Notes under the pieces: model-generated
What the model was told of the DNA's origin: nothing
What the model saw: only the letters and a program-made list of their open reading frames with translations
The model's database searches: none
Translations under genes and position numbers: made by a program
NCBI GenBank assembly: GCA_002269645.1
Contig: NIVC01001113.1
Location: 124,001 to 188,000 of the forward strand
Reading direction: 5' to 3'
Origin: Macrostomum lignano
Lineage: Eukaryota
Length of the DNA stretch: 64,000 nucleotides
In this document: positions 1-12,475 of the stretch, piece by piece
How positions within the stretch are numbered: position 1 is the first letter of the stretch
Layout: the number at the start of each line of letters is the position of its first letter

Positions 1-345
1 TTCTAGCACATTCACGATCCCTTCTAGCACATTCACGATCCCTTCTAGCATAGCACATTCACGATCCCTTCTAGAACATTCACGATCCCTTCTAGCACAT
101 TCACGATCCCTTCTAGCACATTCACAATCCCTTCTAGCACATTCACGATCTTTTTTAGTACATTCACGATCTCTTTTAGCACATTCACGATCCCTTCTAG
201 CATAGCACATTCACGATCCCTTCTAGAACATTCACGATCCCTTCTAGCACATTCACAATCCCTTCTAGCACATTCACGATCCCTTCTAGCACATTCACGA
301 TCCCTTCTAGTACATTCACTATCCCTTCTAGCACATTCACGATCC
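1..345. repeat. 21-bp minisatellite (TTCTAGCACATTCACGATCCC)n, cut by the window edge
   Basis: About 16 near-identical units read directly from the sequence. Confidence 0.95.
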
Positions 346-1250
346 CTTTACTATTAAGAACTCATTTAAAATTTACAAGCTTCTAACCTTAACTTCTAAA
401 TTAAAGACAAAGCATGAATTCAACATAAAAAAAGCATTTTCCCGCGACAAAATTAAAATTAATAATAATTTTATTTGTAAACGCAACAGCAGTGATGTTA
501 GCTACGTGCTAATTTGTTACTACGCACAGTATTATTAAAAAAAATTTAATTGTTATTTGACTAAATAAATAAAGTACATTTAGCACCTTGAGACTTGAGA
601 AACGCGCTTAGTACAAAATAATACAAAATTATAGAAAAATAGAGAAGCGGTTGTTGTGTTTTTTTAGCAAAAATGCACCAATTGGTAAATAATATTTAAA
701 TACACAAGCTGTTAATTATACTATTAATTTGGCATAGATTAAAAAACTCAGTTCACAAGCGCATTTGCCTACTTATTAGTAACATTATTAAGATAAACAA
801 AAAAGCTGAAAAAGCGAAACACATGCGAGTAGATAAAGTAAAAACGCACAGAATTAAAAAGTAAACAAAAATGACTGCACTGCTTAATAATATATAATAG
901 CGAAAACGCAACGTACATAATTGTACGTCTGATTAACAAAATATGGTTTACAATTGAGACTATTTGAGCAACACAAAAAATTAGAAAAATAACAGAAATA
1001 CACAACAGAAACGTTTGAACAATAATGCCGACTGAGTAATTAAATTGTCAGATAATTAACCAGGCTTGTCAAGGAGATTAAAGACTTATAAAAAGTTTCC
1101 TAATCATACTACTACAACCTAGACATTTGCTATGAGTAGTAGATAAATAATTTTAAGATTTTTTTTAATCTCCATGACAAACAAACCATAAATTGGTTAA
1201 TAGATTTATGAGAATAACGAGTTTGAATATTTTGTTATTGATTTGCGACT

Positions 1251-4200
1251 TCAATCGTCCACTGAATCCAGACTATCACGACGCTTCCTGCCGCCGCCGG
1301 CCATTTGGTTGTCATCGTCCTCTGAGCTGTCGTCGAACACGTACTTTGCTTTGGCGGCGGCTCCTCGACGTTCCGTTCGTTCGCGCGGCGGCGGCGGCGG
1401 CGAACCGGCGGCCTCGCCTCCCTCATCATCGTTGTCGGATGCTCCGACATTGTCGGAGTCGTTAGCGTCGCTAGAAGCTGAGGTATTGTCGTCATCGCTG
1501 CTACCCCACATTGCCTTCTTACTCTTCTTTGTCGCTTTTGGTTTCGACTTTTTCTTGTCATCTTTGTCGGCTTTCGGGGCCGCCGGCTTCTTCTGCCGCG
1601 GCTTCTTAGCGGCTGGCATGGCCGGCTCCGGCAAGGTGTTGGGGCCGAGCATTCGCTTCTTAGGCTTTGTAGTTGCCGCAGCAGTTCCGGCAGCGCCAGC
1701 CGATGATGAGGCGCCAGCGAATTGGGCCAGATCTGCGGCAGCCTCCGGCTTGGACAGGCTGACGCGTTTCCACAGCGGCAGCTTCACTTTCTCGTCAGTT
1801 TCGTCATTGTCGTCGCTGCTGCTGGCGAACGGATCGTCTGATTTCTTTGTCTTTTTGCTAGCTGCCGCCTGCTTGCCAACGCTGACGCCCATGTCGCTGA
1901 GCTTCAACTGCTTAGATGAGTCCTTCGGCTCTTTGGCGGCTTTTGGAGCCTTCGGCGCCCGCGGCTGCTTTGGTTTGGCCGGCTCCTCCATGGCCGGCTC
2001 GACCACAGTTGGCGACACTCGCGGCAGCTCGATAGCGGCTCCGGCGGCGCCTTTGCCAGCTTTCTTGCCGGCTGGCTTCTAGAAGAGAGTTGGGTGAGGA
2101 ATTGGTGACTAGCGACTCATATGCACATTGGGATATTTTATAGAGTTGCATTTTAGAGACGGTTTCGAATGAGCCTTTAGAATGGGATATTTTTTATTAA
2201 GGATTTTAAAATGGGAAATTTCTGATTGAGGATTTTTAAATGGGAGATTTCTGATTGGGGATTTTAAAAGGGAGATTTCTGATTGGGGATTTTAAATGGG
2301 AAATTTCTGATTGGGGATTTTTAAATGGGAGATTTCTGATTGGGGATTTTTGAATGGGAGATTTCTGATTGGGGATTTTTAAATGGGAAATTTCTGATTG
2401 GGGATTTTTAAATGGGAGATTTCTGATTGGGGATTTTTGAATGGGAGATTTCTGATTGGGGATTTTTAAATGGGAAATTTCTGATTGGGGATTTTTAAAT
2501 GGGAGATTTCAGATTGGGGATTTTTGAATGGGAGATTTCTGATTGGGGATTTTTAAATGGGAGATTTCTGATTGAGGATTTTTGAATGGGATCTTTCTGG
2601 TTGGAGATTTTAAAATGGGAAATTTCTGATTAAGTATTTTAAAATGGGATATTTCTGATTGGGGATTTTGAAATGGGAGATTTCTGATTGGGGATTTTGA
2701 AATTGGAAATTTCTGATTGGGGATTTTGAAATTGGAAATTTCTGATTGGGGATTTTGAAATGGGAAATTTCTGATTGGGGATTTTTAAATGGGAGATCTA
2801 TGATTGGGGTTTTTTCATAATGGGATATGTCTGAATGGGATATTTCTGATTGGGGATATTTGATAATGGGATATTTCGGAATTGTTATTTCATGCAAGCA
2901 ATCATCATTAACCTTCTTAGGCTTCTTCTTCTTGCCGTACTCCTCGCCGCTGTCGTCCCCATCCGACTCGAAGTCGTCATCGTCGGAACCGGCGCGTTTC
3001 GCTTTGCCTCGAGCGGCCTTGCGATCGGCCTTGGCCGTCTCCTCCCCGATCTGGCGCATTTTAGCTTCCAGCTCGTCCAGATCTTCACTCCAGAGATCCT
3101 TGGGCGTTTTAGCTCGCAGCAGGCGCATCTGCTCGGCCTTGTCGGCTCGATCTTTTAATAACTTCTCTTTCCGTTCGAGAGTCAGCGACCACAGCGGCAT
3201 GCGGAGGATGTAGTCGAAGTCGGCGATGGATTGGCCAGCATCCGCGGCTGCAGCTTCATCATCATCATCGTCAGCCTTGGCAGCGTCCTCGTCTGCGCCA
3301 GCCGCCCCGGTGCCGGCAGACTTAGCAATCTGCTGTAACTGCTGATAGTAGGGCTGCTGAGAGCGCCAGGCTTTCACCGGATCGGAATCGTAACCTCGCT
3401 CAACTAGGATGGCTACTATCTTCTTCTTCGCCACGTTCTCAATGCGGATCAGGTTGTCAATCTTCTCCTGGACGAACCTGGCTTGGTTGTCTAGCAGCAG
3501 GGACTCGGAGCCGAGGCGGCCCAGCAGGTAGGCTTTGCGCTTCTCGTACCATTCCAAGCGGAGGCTGTAGAACTCGCGCAGGATGTCCAGCACCGAGTCG
3601 TAGCTGGAGCGGCATTGGAAAGAATGGAAAAAATCTTGAATAAATTTTAATAATAAATTAGAAATCTCTCCATTACAAACTTAGCTCTTAAGTAAAATCC
3701 TCAATCAGAATTCTCCCCAATTACGAAATCTTTACATAAAAATCCCCAATCAGAAATCTCCCCTATTAAAAAATCTACCATAAAATCCCCAGAAATCCAT
3801 TAAAAAATCTACCATAAAATCCCCAAACCAGAAATCCCCCTCATTCCAAACTCACCGCTTCAGACAGCAGTTCCTATCGAACAGCACCATAGAGCTGGTG
3901 CTGAAGGTGCTCTGCAGCTTAAAGTACTTGTGCAGCCCGACCTGCCGGGCATTGGCCATCTGCTCAGGTTTCAGCTTAACCACCAATCGAACGTGAGTAT
4001 CCGAGCAATAATTATTGAAATCCTCAAGCAGCTGCTCGTTGGGCTTGCTCTCCTTCCTGTCCGTTTTCTTCTTGCCGCCGGCGCCTCCGCCAGCACCGTC
4101 GCCGCCTTCAACGCCGACTTTCAGCACCGAGTCCTGGTAGGGTTCGCTCCACACCTTCACTGGCAACTCGGTGATTTCAACAACGTTAGCGTCGCCGAAA

Positions 4201-7200
4201 GTTCGAACCTCGCCGTAGGAAACGTAGCGCTGGGCGTCTGTCTGCCTGATGATGCCAGTGAAGCCTCGATACGATGGCAGCATGTCGCGCGGCTCCTCAT
4301 CTCGCAGCATTCGACGCAGATTAGCAATGACGTCATCCACCGAATAGTTGGGGATTTTGGTGCTCCAGCCGGTGCCGATGCCGTCCGCTCCGTTGATGAG
4401 CACCATTGGGATGATGGGGATGTACCTGGGCGCAGGAATCGTAGATGGCTTTTTAAGGGTTATTAGAGGCAACCTTGTTGCTACAGTAACTAACCTGGTT
4501 GCTAGGGGGCTAATAACCTTGTTGCTAGGGCGCTAATAACCTTGTTGCTAGGGCGCTAATAACCTTGTTGCTAGGGCGCTAATAACCTTGTTGCTAGGGC
4601 GCTAATAACATTGTTACTAGGGCACTAATAACCTTGTTGCTAAGGCGTTAATAACCTTGTTGCTAGGGTGCTAGCTAACCTTGTTGCTGCGGTAAATAAC
4701 CTGGTTGCTAGGGCGCTAATAACCTTGTTGCTAGGGTGCTAATAACCTTGTTGCTAGGGCGCAAATAACCTTGTTGCTAGGGTGCTAAACTTGTTGCTAG
4801 GGTGCTTCTAAAATCAATTGATAAAGTGAAGAAGGATTGTTTGTTTTAAACCTTATTTCTATTTCTGGATGTTAACCTATTATAATATTCTTTTAAAGTA
4901 GATTCCAACCGCAAACGCATCTATCCAAGGAACTTACCAGACGGGCTCAACCCGTTGATTATCGTCCACATTGTACTCGAGCATCGGTTCGTCATTCGGA
5001 TTAAAAATAATCCTAGCCAAAGGCGACAGGCAGGTATGGATATAACGAGCCGCGGCGGCATCTTTGCCACCCTGGAGACGCGAACCGAACTGACCGTTCG
5101 GCATCAGCAGGTTGAGATTGTTGGAGCCGACAAAGTCTTGCGCTAAATTGATGATGGTGCCCACTAGAGAGGCTTCGCCGTGGTGATAGGCCGAGATCTC
5201 CGACACTGAGCCAGCTAGTTGAGCCACCTGGCGGGTTGTGTAACGAATGGGATATAGCATCTTAGTGTCTATATCTACCTGTTTTAGTGTCTGTATCTAC
5301 CTGTCTTAGTGTCTATGTCTACCTGTCTTAGTGTCTATGTCTACCTGTCTTAGTGTCTGTATCTACCTGTCTCAGTGTCTATGTCTACCTGTCTTAGTGT
5401 CTGTATCTACCTGTCTTAGTGTCTGTATCTACCTGTCTTAGTGACCATATCTACCTGTCTTAGTGTCTATATCTACCTGTCTTAGTGTCTATATCTACCT
5501 GTCTTAGTGTCTGTATCTACCTGTCTTAGTGTCTATATCTACCTGTCTTAGTGACCATATCTACCTGTCTTAGTGACCATATCTACCTGTCTTCTGTATC
5601 TACCTGTCTTAGTGTCTATATCTACCTGTCTTAGTGACCATATCTACCTGTCTTGGTGTCTATATCTACCTCGATAGGATCATTTTTAGTATATAGGATC
5701 TCACCTTAATCTCCTTGAGCAGATTGCGCTTAAAACAGGTGTACATGACCTTCCGCTGTCCAGGCTTCAGTCCGTCAACCAGAGACGGAATGGATCGCTC
5801 ATTATCGGCATTGGAGAATAGCACCAGCTCCTTGTGCACGAAATCGTTGTAGCTAATCTCTCTGGTTGTCTTCTCGTACAGGTAGGCCTCGGGCAGGCCA
5901 AGGTCGGCCCTGCGCTTCCGATCGTCCATGAACTTCAACAGCCAGTCTTTTCGCATGTCGGCGTTCTTGCCGAATGCCATCAGAATCGACTCCTCGTCGG
6001 TCTGATCTCGTCGTATAAATCGGACGCAGTGCCGACGCATGTCGCGAAAATATTCGCGGCCCTCTTTAGCCGTCGAGGTGCCCAAACCTTTGTAGTATTT
6101 CACGTGCCACTTGTGCCAGTCGGGCGTCTGGCCGCGCCATTCGTCAAATTCCGGCATGGAATAGAATGCTTTCACCTGGTCGCGCTTGGTCACCTTCACG
6201 ATTGGCGTGATGAACTCCTGCGGAGGGTTGCCATGGTTATTGATAGGCTTTACCGTGTAGGTTGGTGCGATTCTTAAGACAGTAATACGGATTTAGGGCG
6301 ATTCTCAGGGTGGATTTGGGGCGATTCTCAGGGTGGATTTGGGGCGATTCTCAGGGTGGATTTGGGGCGATTCTCAGGGTAGATTTGCGGCGATTCTCAG
6401 GGTAGATTAGAGGCGATTCTCAGGGTGGATTAGTGGCGATTCTCAGGGTGGATTAGTGGCGATTCTCAGGGTGGATTAGTGGCGATTCTCAGGGTGGATT
6501 AGTGGCGATTCTCAGGGTGGATTAGTGGCGATTCTCGGGGTGGATTAGAGGCGATTCTTAAAGTGGATTAGTGGCGATTCTCAGGGTGGATTAGTGGCGA
6601 TTCTCAGGGTGGATTAGTGGCGATTCTCGGGGTGGATTAGAGGCGATTCTTAAAGTGGATTAGTGGCGATTCTCAGGGTGGATTAGTGGCGATTCTCAGG
6701 GTGGATTAGTGGCGATTCTCAGGGTGGATTAGTGGCGATTCTCGGAGTGGATTAGGGAAGATACTAAAGGATGGATTAGGGATGATTCCTAAAACAGATT
6801 AGGGCCATTGTCAGGTTGGATTTAAGGGCTATTTCTAAGCGAGTGTAAATGCGGTTCAATACCGAATGAAAGTCAAACTACTCACCTGCAAGAAGTCGTG
6901 ACGCAGCAGCTCGGGCCAGAAGAAGTGAATAAAGTTAATGATGAGTCCTTTGATATGCGAGCCGTCCTGGTCCTGATCGGTCATGATCATAATATGCCGA
7001 TACCTGAGCGACTTCAAATCTTCCACTGTGTTGTACTTTTTGCCGTACTGCAAGTTCACAGCGTCCTGAATAACTTTGATCTCCTTGTTATTCATTAGCT
7101 GGTCCTTGCTAGCCTCGCGAACATTCAATAGTTTACCTTTCAGCGGGAACACGCCGAATCTGTCTCGGCCGTCCGGCAGGGAGCTGGCACCGGCCACGGC

Positions 7201-10200
7201 CAGGGACTTGGCCGAATCGCCCTCAGTCAGGATCAGAACGCACTCGCCTTTGCCAGCATTGTTAGCGTGGTCGAGTTTCTCGTGGAACGTCTTCTTACTG
7301 GCTTTGGTTCGCTGATTCAGAGCTTTGTTGGTCTTGAAGTCGGCGTACTCAAGGACGCACCGGACAATACCGCAGTCTTCGGACAGAAGCTTCTTAAAGA
7401 ATTTGTCGTCCAATTCTGGCGCGCTGCCAAATTTCTTCGCTTGCAAAGTCATGAACTCTTTAGTTTGCGAGTCGAAGCTGGGATTCTCAATTAGACAGTT
7501 GCAGAAGATCCACAGGTGATTTTTCACAAATGCCGGCTTGATGGAGCCTTTCAGATTCTTCTTGTCGGCTTTGCACTTGCCGTCGATTGCGTCGACAAGG
7601 CGTTTGAGCAGCAGGTCGCAGACAAAGTCAACGTGACGGCCGCCTTTGGTGGTGGCGATTGAGTTCACAAAGCTGACCTGTGGAGAAGTTGAAGGTTTCA
7701 AATACAAGTGGATCTCCGATATATATCGAAATTTATTTTCTTATTTTAGACAATTTTTCACGAAAGTCCCGGGTTCGATTCTGTGAATTGTGAACTCGCG
7801 CGTGCATCTTAACGAAAAAACTCTGCATGGATGTACACTGCGTACCTGCGTGCCCAGTAGCCAGCAGCATAATTTACCGTGTAATAATAACATTCTAAAG
7901 GCGATAATTAATATCTAATTAAACAGGTGCAACCATCTTCCACTTGGCCAGAAGTAATTATTACCGGCCTAATTAGAGGCGCGCACCCACCTCACGCTCA
8001 GAGGTAATAATTACCCTAATTAAAGCGGCGCACTCACCTGACGCTCAGAGGTGATAATTACCCTAATTAAAGCGGCGCACTCACCTGACGCTCAGAGGTG
8101 ATAATTACCTAATTAAAGCGCGCACCACCTGACGCTCAGAGGTGATAATTACCTAATTAGAGTAGCGCAACCACCTAACACTCACGGGTAATAATTACCC
8201 TAATTAAAGTGGCGCAACCAACTCAAGCTTAGAGGTGATAATTAGCCAATTAATAGAGGCCTACCCACCTCATGCTCAGAGGTGATAATTACCCTAATTA
8301 AAGTAGCGTAGCGTACTCACCTCATCCTCGGGTGATAATTAGGGTGCCCCTAATCACAAATCACAAACTAAATTACATTAACTTAGTATTAATGCTCAAA
8401 ACTTTACCTGCTTAAATCCGTCGTTGCTCAGACAAACAGCCAGCTCCCATCGGCCACTTTTAATAATAGCCACCTCTTTGTCCTCCTTCTCTGTGAGGTA
8501 CAATCTGTAATAGTCCTTAAACGAAGTGACCGGCAGTTTCTCGCCGTTGAGAAACACTCGAACGCCGCTGCAAGTGCCGGCAATGTCGAAAGCCCGACGG
8601 CTGAACAAGGCGATCGTGTCGTCATCGAGTTCGGTCATGCCGAATTTCGTGAGGTCCGGCTTAAAGCTCACCTGCAAATATTGCGATATAACTGATTAAT
8701 TTGACTGACAACGGACATTGTTTAATACCTTCATAATTTGCGATCGATAGGAGATCATCAATAAACTACAGGAGATTAAGAGACTATCCGATGCAAACGG
8801 TGCCTTGGCTAAGAAGCGTCACTGAGTCACTTGCGTCGCTCCATAGTCGTTGCGGGTAACACAGGTAAAAATGGGAAAGAAGTGACTTTATAAGTCGCCT
8901 AAGAATCAGTTTGAGGCGTCTGCGGCCGTAGAGTCATATCTGGGTCGCGCTAGAGTCGCTGTAGAATCGCTGAGTGGCGTCTAAAGCGCATCTGCATCAC
9001 TTTATAAATTGGAATCAAATTTTGCATTTTTAAAACTCTATTTAGTCTACTTGTAGTTAGTAGAAAGTTAAGCGCCTGAAATTGAGTTTGAAGTCCCTTT
9101 TTAGCGACTCAACAGTCGCCTCTCCGTCGCATTACAGTCGTTTCAGTCGCCTTAAAAGTCACAAAATTCGCCCCAGCCTCGTTATAGATTCACTAGTGAG
9201 TTGTTTGCAATGATTCTTTAGTGATTATTATCACGGTATCGTTTTTAAACAGGCTACTAAAACTTTCAAGGGACTTTGAAGAGATTATCATGAGATTATG
9301 TGTGACTATTCAGTGAGATTATCGAAACATTAGTAAGAATTAGAATGGATTATTATCGAAACTTAAAAAATAGACTTTCAAATGAAACTTATTCAGATAT
9401 CTGGGACTTTGAAGAGAGATTATCCTGATATCTGTGAGACTTTGAAGGGAGATTATCCAGATATCTGTGAGACTGAAGAGAGATTATCCAGATATCTGTG
9501 AGACTTTGAAGAGAGATTATCCAGATATCTGTGAGACTTTGAAGGGAGATTATCCAGATATCTGTGAGACTGAAGGGAGATTATCCAGATACCTGTGAGA
9601 CTTTGAAGGGAGATTATCCAGATATCTGTGAGACTTTGAATGAAGATTAATCCAGATACATGTGAGAATTTGAACGGAGATTATCCAGAGAGCAGAAAAT
9701 GCTTATCAAAGGTCATAAATTTGTCAGGTGGATTAACCTACCTTAGTATAATCTTCGGCGGCATTTTTCATAATCTTAGCTTCGCCAGCTTTGCCCATAT
9801 TGTCAGTCCAAGTCTGTTGGAACCGTTTTCCGGACTCTTTGCACGAGGTCTCAACAGTAAATTGGCTACTGTAGACGTTGCACAGTTTCGCTCCGTAGCC
9901 GTTTCGACCTCCCGTAGTTTTCTTCTCGCTGTCATTAAAATTGCTAGACGTCAATAAGTGACCAAAGATTAGCGTTGGAACATAGAGCTTCTCTTTCTTG
10001 TGCTCAACTACTGGGATGCCTTTGCCATTGTTCCACACTTCGATGAGATTGTCCTCCTTGCTGATGGTGATGCGAATGCAGGACATGCCGGGATCGCGCT
10101 GTTTATTATCCGCCGCATTGACCAGCACTTCGTCGAAGATTTTATAGAGGCCAGGCACGAACGTGATCTCGCGTTCAATCATGCGTTTAGCGGTGGAATC

Positions 10201-10401
10201 GTAGACCCACATGTTCTGGCGGACACTTTCTACTGAGCCAATATAGGTGTCCGGCCGGAGCAATATGTGCTCCAGCTGCGTCTTCTTCTGGTAGATTTTT
10301 TCTACTGACACTCGCTGCTTGCCGCTGCCGCCACCAAACCGATTGGCTGCATCGCTAAGTGGCGAAGCCAGCGGGCCAAGATTGTCTGTTTCGCTGCTCA
10401 T
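1251..10401 (-). CDS. TOP2: DNA topoisomerase II (type IIA), 8 coding exons, about 1535 aa
   Basis: Exons assembled by hand with frame-consistent GT-AG ends: 10401-9742, 8671-8408, 7677-6886, 6217-5705, 5227-4938, 4425-3856, 3603-2913, 2078-1251 (4608 nt). Motifs: EHILLRPDTYIGS; GHKL ATPase DEVLVNAADN and GGRNGYGAKL; TOPRIM TEGDSA, PLKGK and IMTDQDQDGSHI; YYKGLGTS; DGLKPGQRK; catalytic AARYI; LINGADGIGTGWST; Lys/Asp-rich C-terminal tail. The exon 7 donor (GTTAAT) is the least certain junction. Confidence 0.97.
2170..2880. repeat. About 29-bp minisatellite (TTTTAAATGGGAGATTTCTGATTGGGGA-like) in TOP2 intron 7
   Basis: Tandem units fill most of the intron and create the spurious PNQKFPISK-type ORF tail. 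Confidence 0.92.
3660..3845. repeat. Degenerate inverted copies of the intron 7 minisatellite in TOP2 intron 6
   Basis: AAAATCCCCAATCAGAAATCTCCCC is the reverse complement of the intron 7 unit. Confidence 0.75.
4470..4805. repeat. 23-bp minisatellite (TAATAACCTTGTTGCTAGGGCGC)n in TOP2 intron 5
   Basis: Direct reading of tandem units. Confidence 0.92.
5258..5670. repeat. 22-bp minisatellite (CTACCTGTCTTAGTGTCTATAT)n in TOP2 intron 4
   Basis: Direct reading; on the sense strand each unit contains CAGGTAG. Confidence 0.92.
6290..6790. repeat. 23-bp minisatellite (GCGATTCTCAGGGTGGATTAGTG)n in TOP2 intron 3
   Basis: Direct reading of tandem units. Confidence 0.92.
7960..8345. repeat. About 47-bp minisatellite in TOP2 intron 2
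   Basis: Units such as CACCTGACGCTCAGAGGTGATAATTACCCTAATTAAAGCGGCGCACT; the sense strand contains CAGGTGAGT. Confidence 0.85.
9400..9690. repeat. About 33-bp minisatellite (GAGATTATCCAGATATCTGTGAGACTTTGAAGG)n in TOP2 intron 1
   Basis: Direct reading of tandem units. Confidence 0.88.
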
Positions 10402-10552
10402 TTTTGCTGCTGGAAATGAAATATATATAACTACTAGTCAAATATAACATGTTTTCCCTTGCCATATTCACAGCATAAGGTATTTAAAAGGTTTTAGTGC
10501 TATAAAATGACAGTCTGAATGCCTATTCTAGAGAAAAAACTGGTCTCATTAC

Positions 10553-11028
10553 CATGCTTGGGCGCAACCTTGGGATTCACTCGGCCGTTTCTATTGGCAA
10601 CACACACGTGTAAGTCGCTATTGGACAGAATAGTAGTCACGTGACTGTCTCAGCCAATAGCAACTTACATGTATGTGTTGCCAATAGAAACGGCTGGGTG
10701 ATTCCCATACATGCGCAACCTCCAAAATTCGGTCGGCCATGCGACTAAGTTTTAACAAAAATGCGACGCAGTTTTTGGCCAAAAATGCGACTTACATGTA
10801 AAAAAACCCTAAAGCAAAATTAACGCAACTTTGGGTAAACGGCAGGAGTAACTATGACTGTCTTATAAAGTCAAAATGCCTCGTCAGCTACTTAGTACTA
10901 CTACTTGGGTGTTTTTTCGGGTGGGCATTTTTGCAACTTCCTTGGTTGGCCGCCAAATCGGTCGGCCGGATCGGCCGACTCGGCCGACTGTTGCGCATGT
11001 ATAGTGATTCCCAAAGTTGCACATGTAT
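10553..11028. mobile_element. Older palindromic MITE-like element upstream of TOP2, interrupted by a younger MITE
   Basis: Imperfect outer inverted ends (GCGCAACCTTGGGATTCAC versus GTGATTCCCAAAGTTGCAC) and an internal palindrome at about 10571-10707. Confidence 0.55.
10706..11003. mobile_element. 298-bp hAT-type MITE, copy 1
   Basis: TIR CATACATGCGCAAC...GTTGCGCATGTATA; 8-bp TSD GTGATTCC (10698-10705 and 11004-11011); close copy at 50882-51179. Confidence 0.88.
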
Positions 11029-12081
11029 GCTCATTACTCAAAAAACTTTTTACTAACCAATTTCTATTCCTGATATGTCACTTTTCAGCTTTTTTATCTC
11101 TTATCTTTTTATGCCAATAGCCCACGAAAGTTTCAAGCATTTTATAATGTCATTTTATACTATAACTTTCCATTTGGTTCATTTTTTAACATAAAGGGTT
11201 TTTTTGTAAACATCACAGTTTTTGCAACAAGTCTTTTCTATAAAAAAGATGACATATTCTAGCTTGATATCATTCTAATGAAATCCATTATCCATTATAT
11301 ATTAAACTTTTTCTCTGTCTTTTTTCTTTCTATTTTATATTTAATCTATCTAAATCCAAAATCCTATTTAAACTCTATTTTGGTAATAGTCACACAATTT
11401 GGCACCAAAAGCTTATCACAAAAATGGATGACCCCAAAGCAATTACCACCAATCTGACTATTATCAAAGTAATTATTACCAGATTATAATCTTTATTATA
11501 CTAGCTATGCTTAGAAAGGTAGTTGTTATATACTAGAAAGAAATTTTGACAATGGCTAATTGCATACCAATAGACACCATAAAAATTGCATGCCAGAATG
11601 ATCAAAAAAAGGTCCTTTGGATCAAAGTTCCTTAAAAAGTCATTCAAACAGAAGACTTTATTTGCATGCTAAAATGATAAAAGCAATATGTCTGCCAGGC
11701 AAAAAAGTTCTAAGAAAATTATGCTAGAAAATTCTAGCATGTTGGTCATAGGCTATATCTATATTTTCCTAAGCATGGCTTATTAATATTAGCTATGAAA
11801 ATTGCAGACTGTCCCAAAAGTAGTATTTTTATTATATTTCTCATTCTAATGATCTATTTTGAGAAAATCATTTTGCACAAACTTATAGCAGCAATTTTCT
11901 TCTTCATATTAAATTGAACAACCTTAAAACTAGCCAATTGAAACAAAAGTTATGAACAAAATGATTTTATTTGGATCATCAGAATGAGAGATAATATAAT
12001 AAAAAGTAATGACATTTAGGATAGCCCTTGTATTTTTAAGCTAATAAAAAGTAATGTTAAGACAAAGGCCTAAGCCTACTT

Positions 12082-12475
12082 CAGTGGCGGCGCAGGGGGG
12101 GGGGGGGGGGCTGCCCCCGGGTGACCACCCCTCACCACCCTTAGGGGGTGACCACCCACTACTTAAAAAAATTGGTACTTTACCATATTTTTTCAAAAGT
12201 GTGGTCACCCCATGGGGCATGGGGGTGGTCACCTGAGACCTCAGGGGGGTGGTCACCCGGTAGGGCCTGTAGGCTGTAAGGGTGGTCACCCTTTGAGGGC
12301 GAACCGCGAATTGGGCCTGGGCAATAACGAATCCTAACGATTTTGGAAAGCTGGAATGTAATTATTTTTGTGATAATTTTTTTTGATAATTTTTTCTGGG
12401 GGTAACCACCCAGCCAGGGGGGGTGACCACCCAACCACTGCCCCCCCCCCAGCTGGAGGTCCTGCGCCGCCACTG
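12082..12475. mobile_element. 394-bp hAT-type MITE
   Basis: TIR CAGTGGCGGCGCAGG...CCTGCGCCGCCACTG; 8-bp TSD GCCTACTT on both sides; internal GGTGACCACC and GGTGGTCACC subterminal motifs. Confidence 0.88.

Noticed and set aside
7760-7800. GGTTCGATTC B-box here, and a tRNA-like fragment at 51715-51765, as tRNA genes
   Set aside because: No cloverleaf or acceptor stem; at most SINE or tRNA-derived debris.
1193-10236. Plus-strand ORFs overlapping TOP2 exons
   Set aside because: Antisense shadows of GC-rich coding exons, with no motifs of their own.
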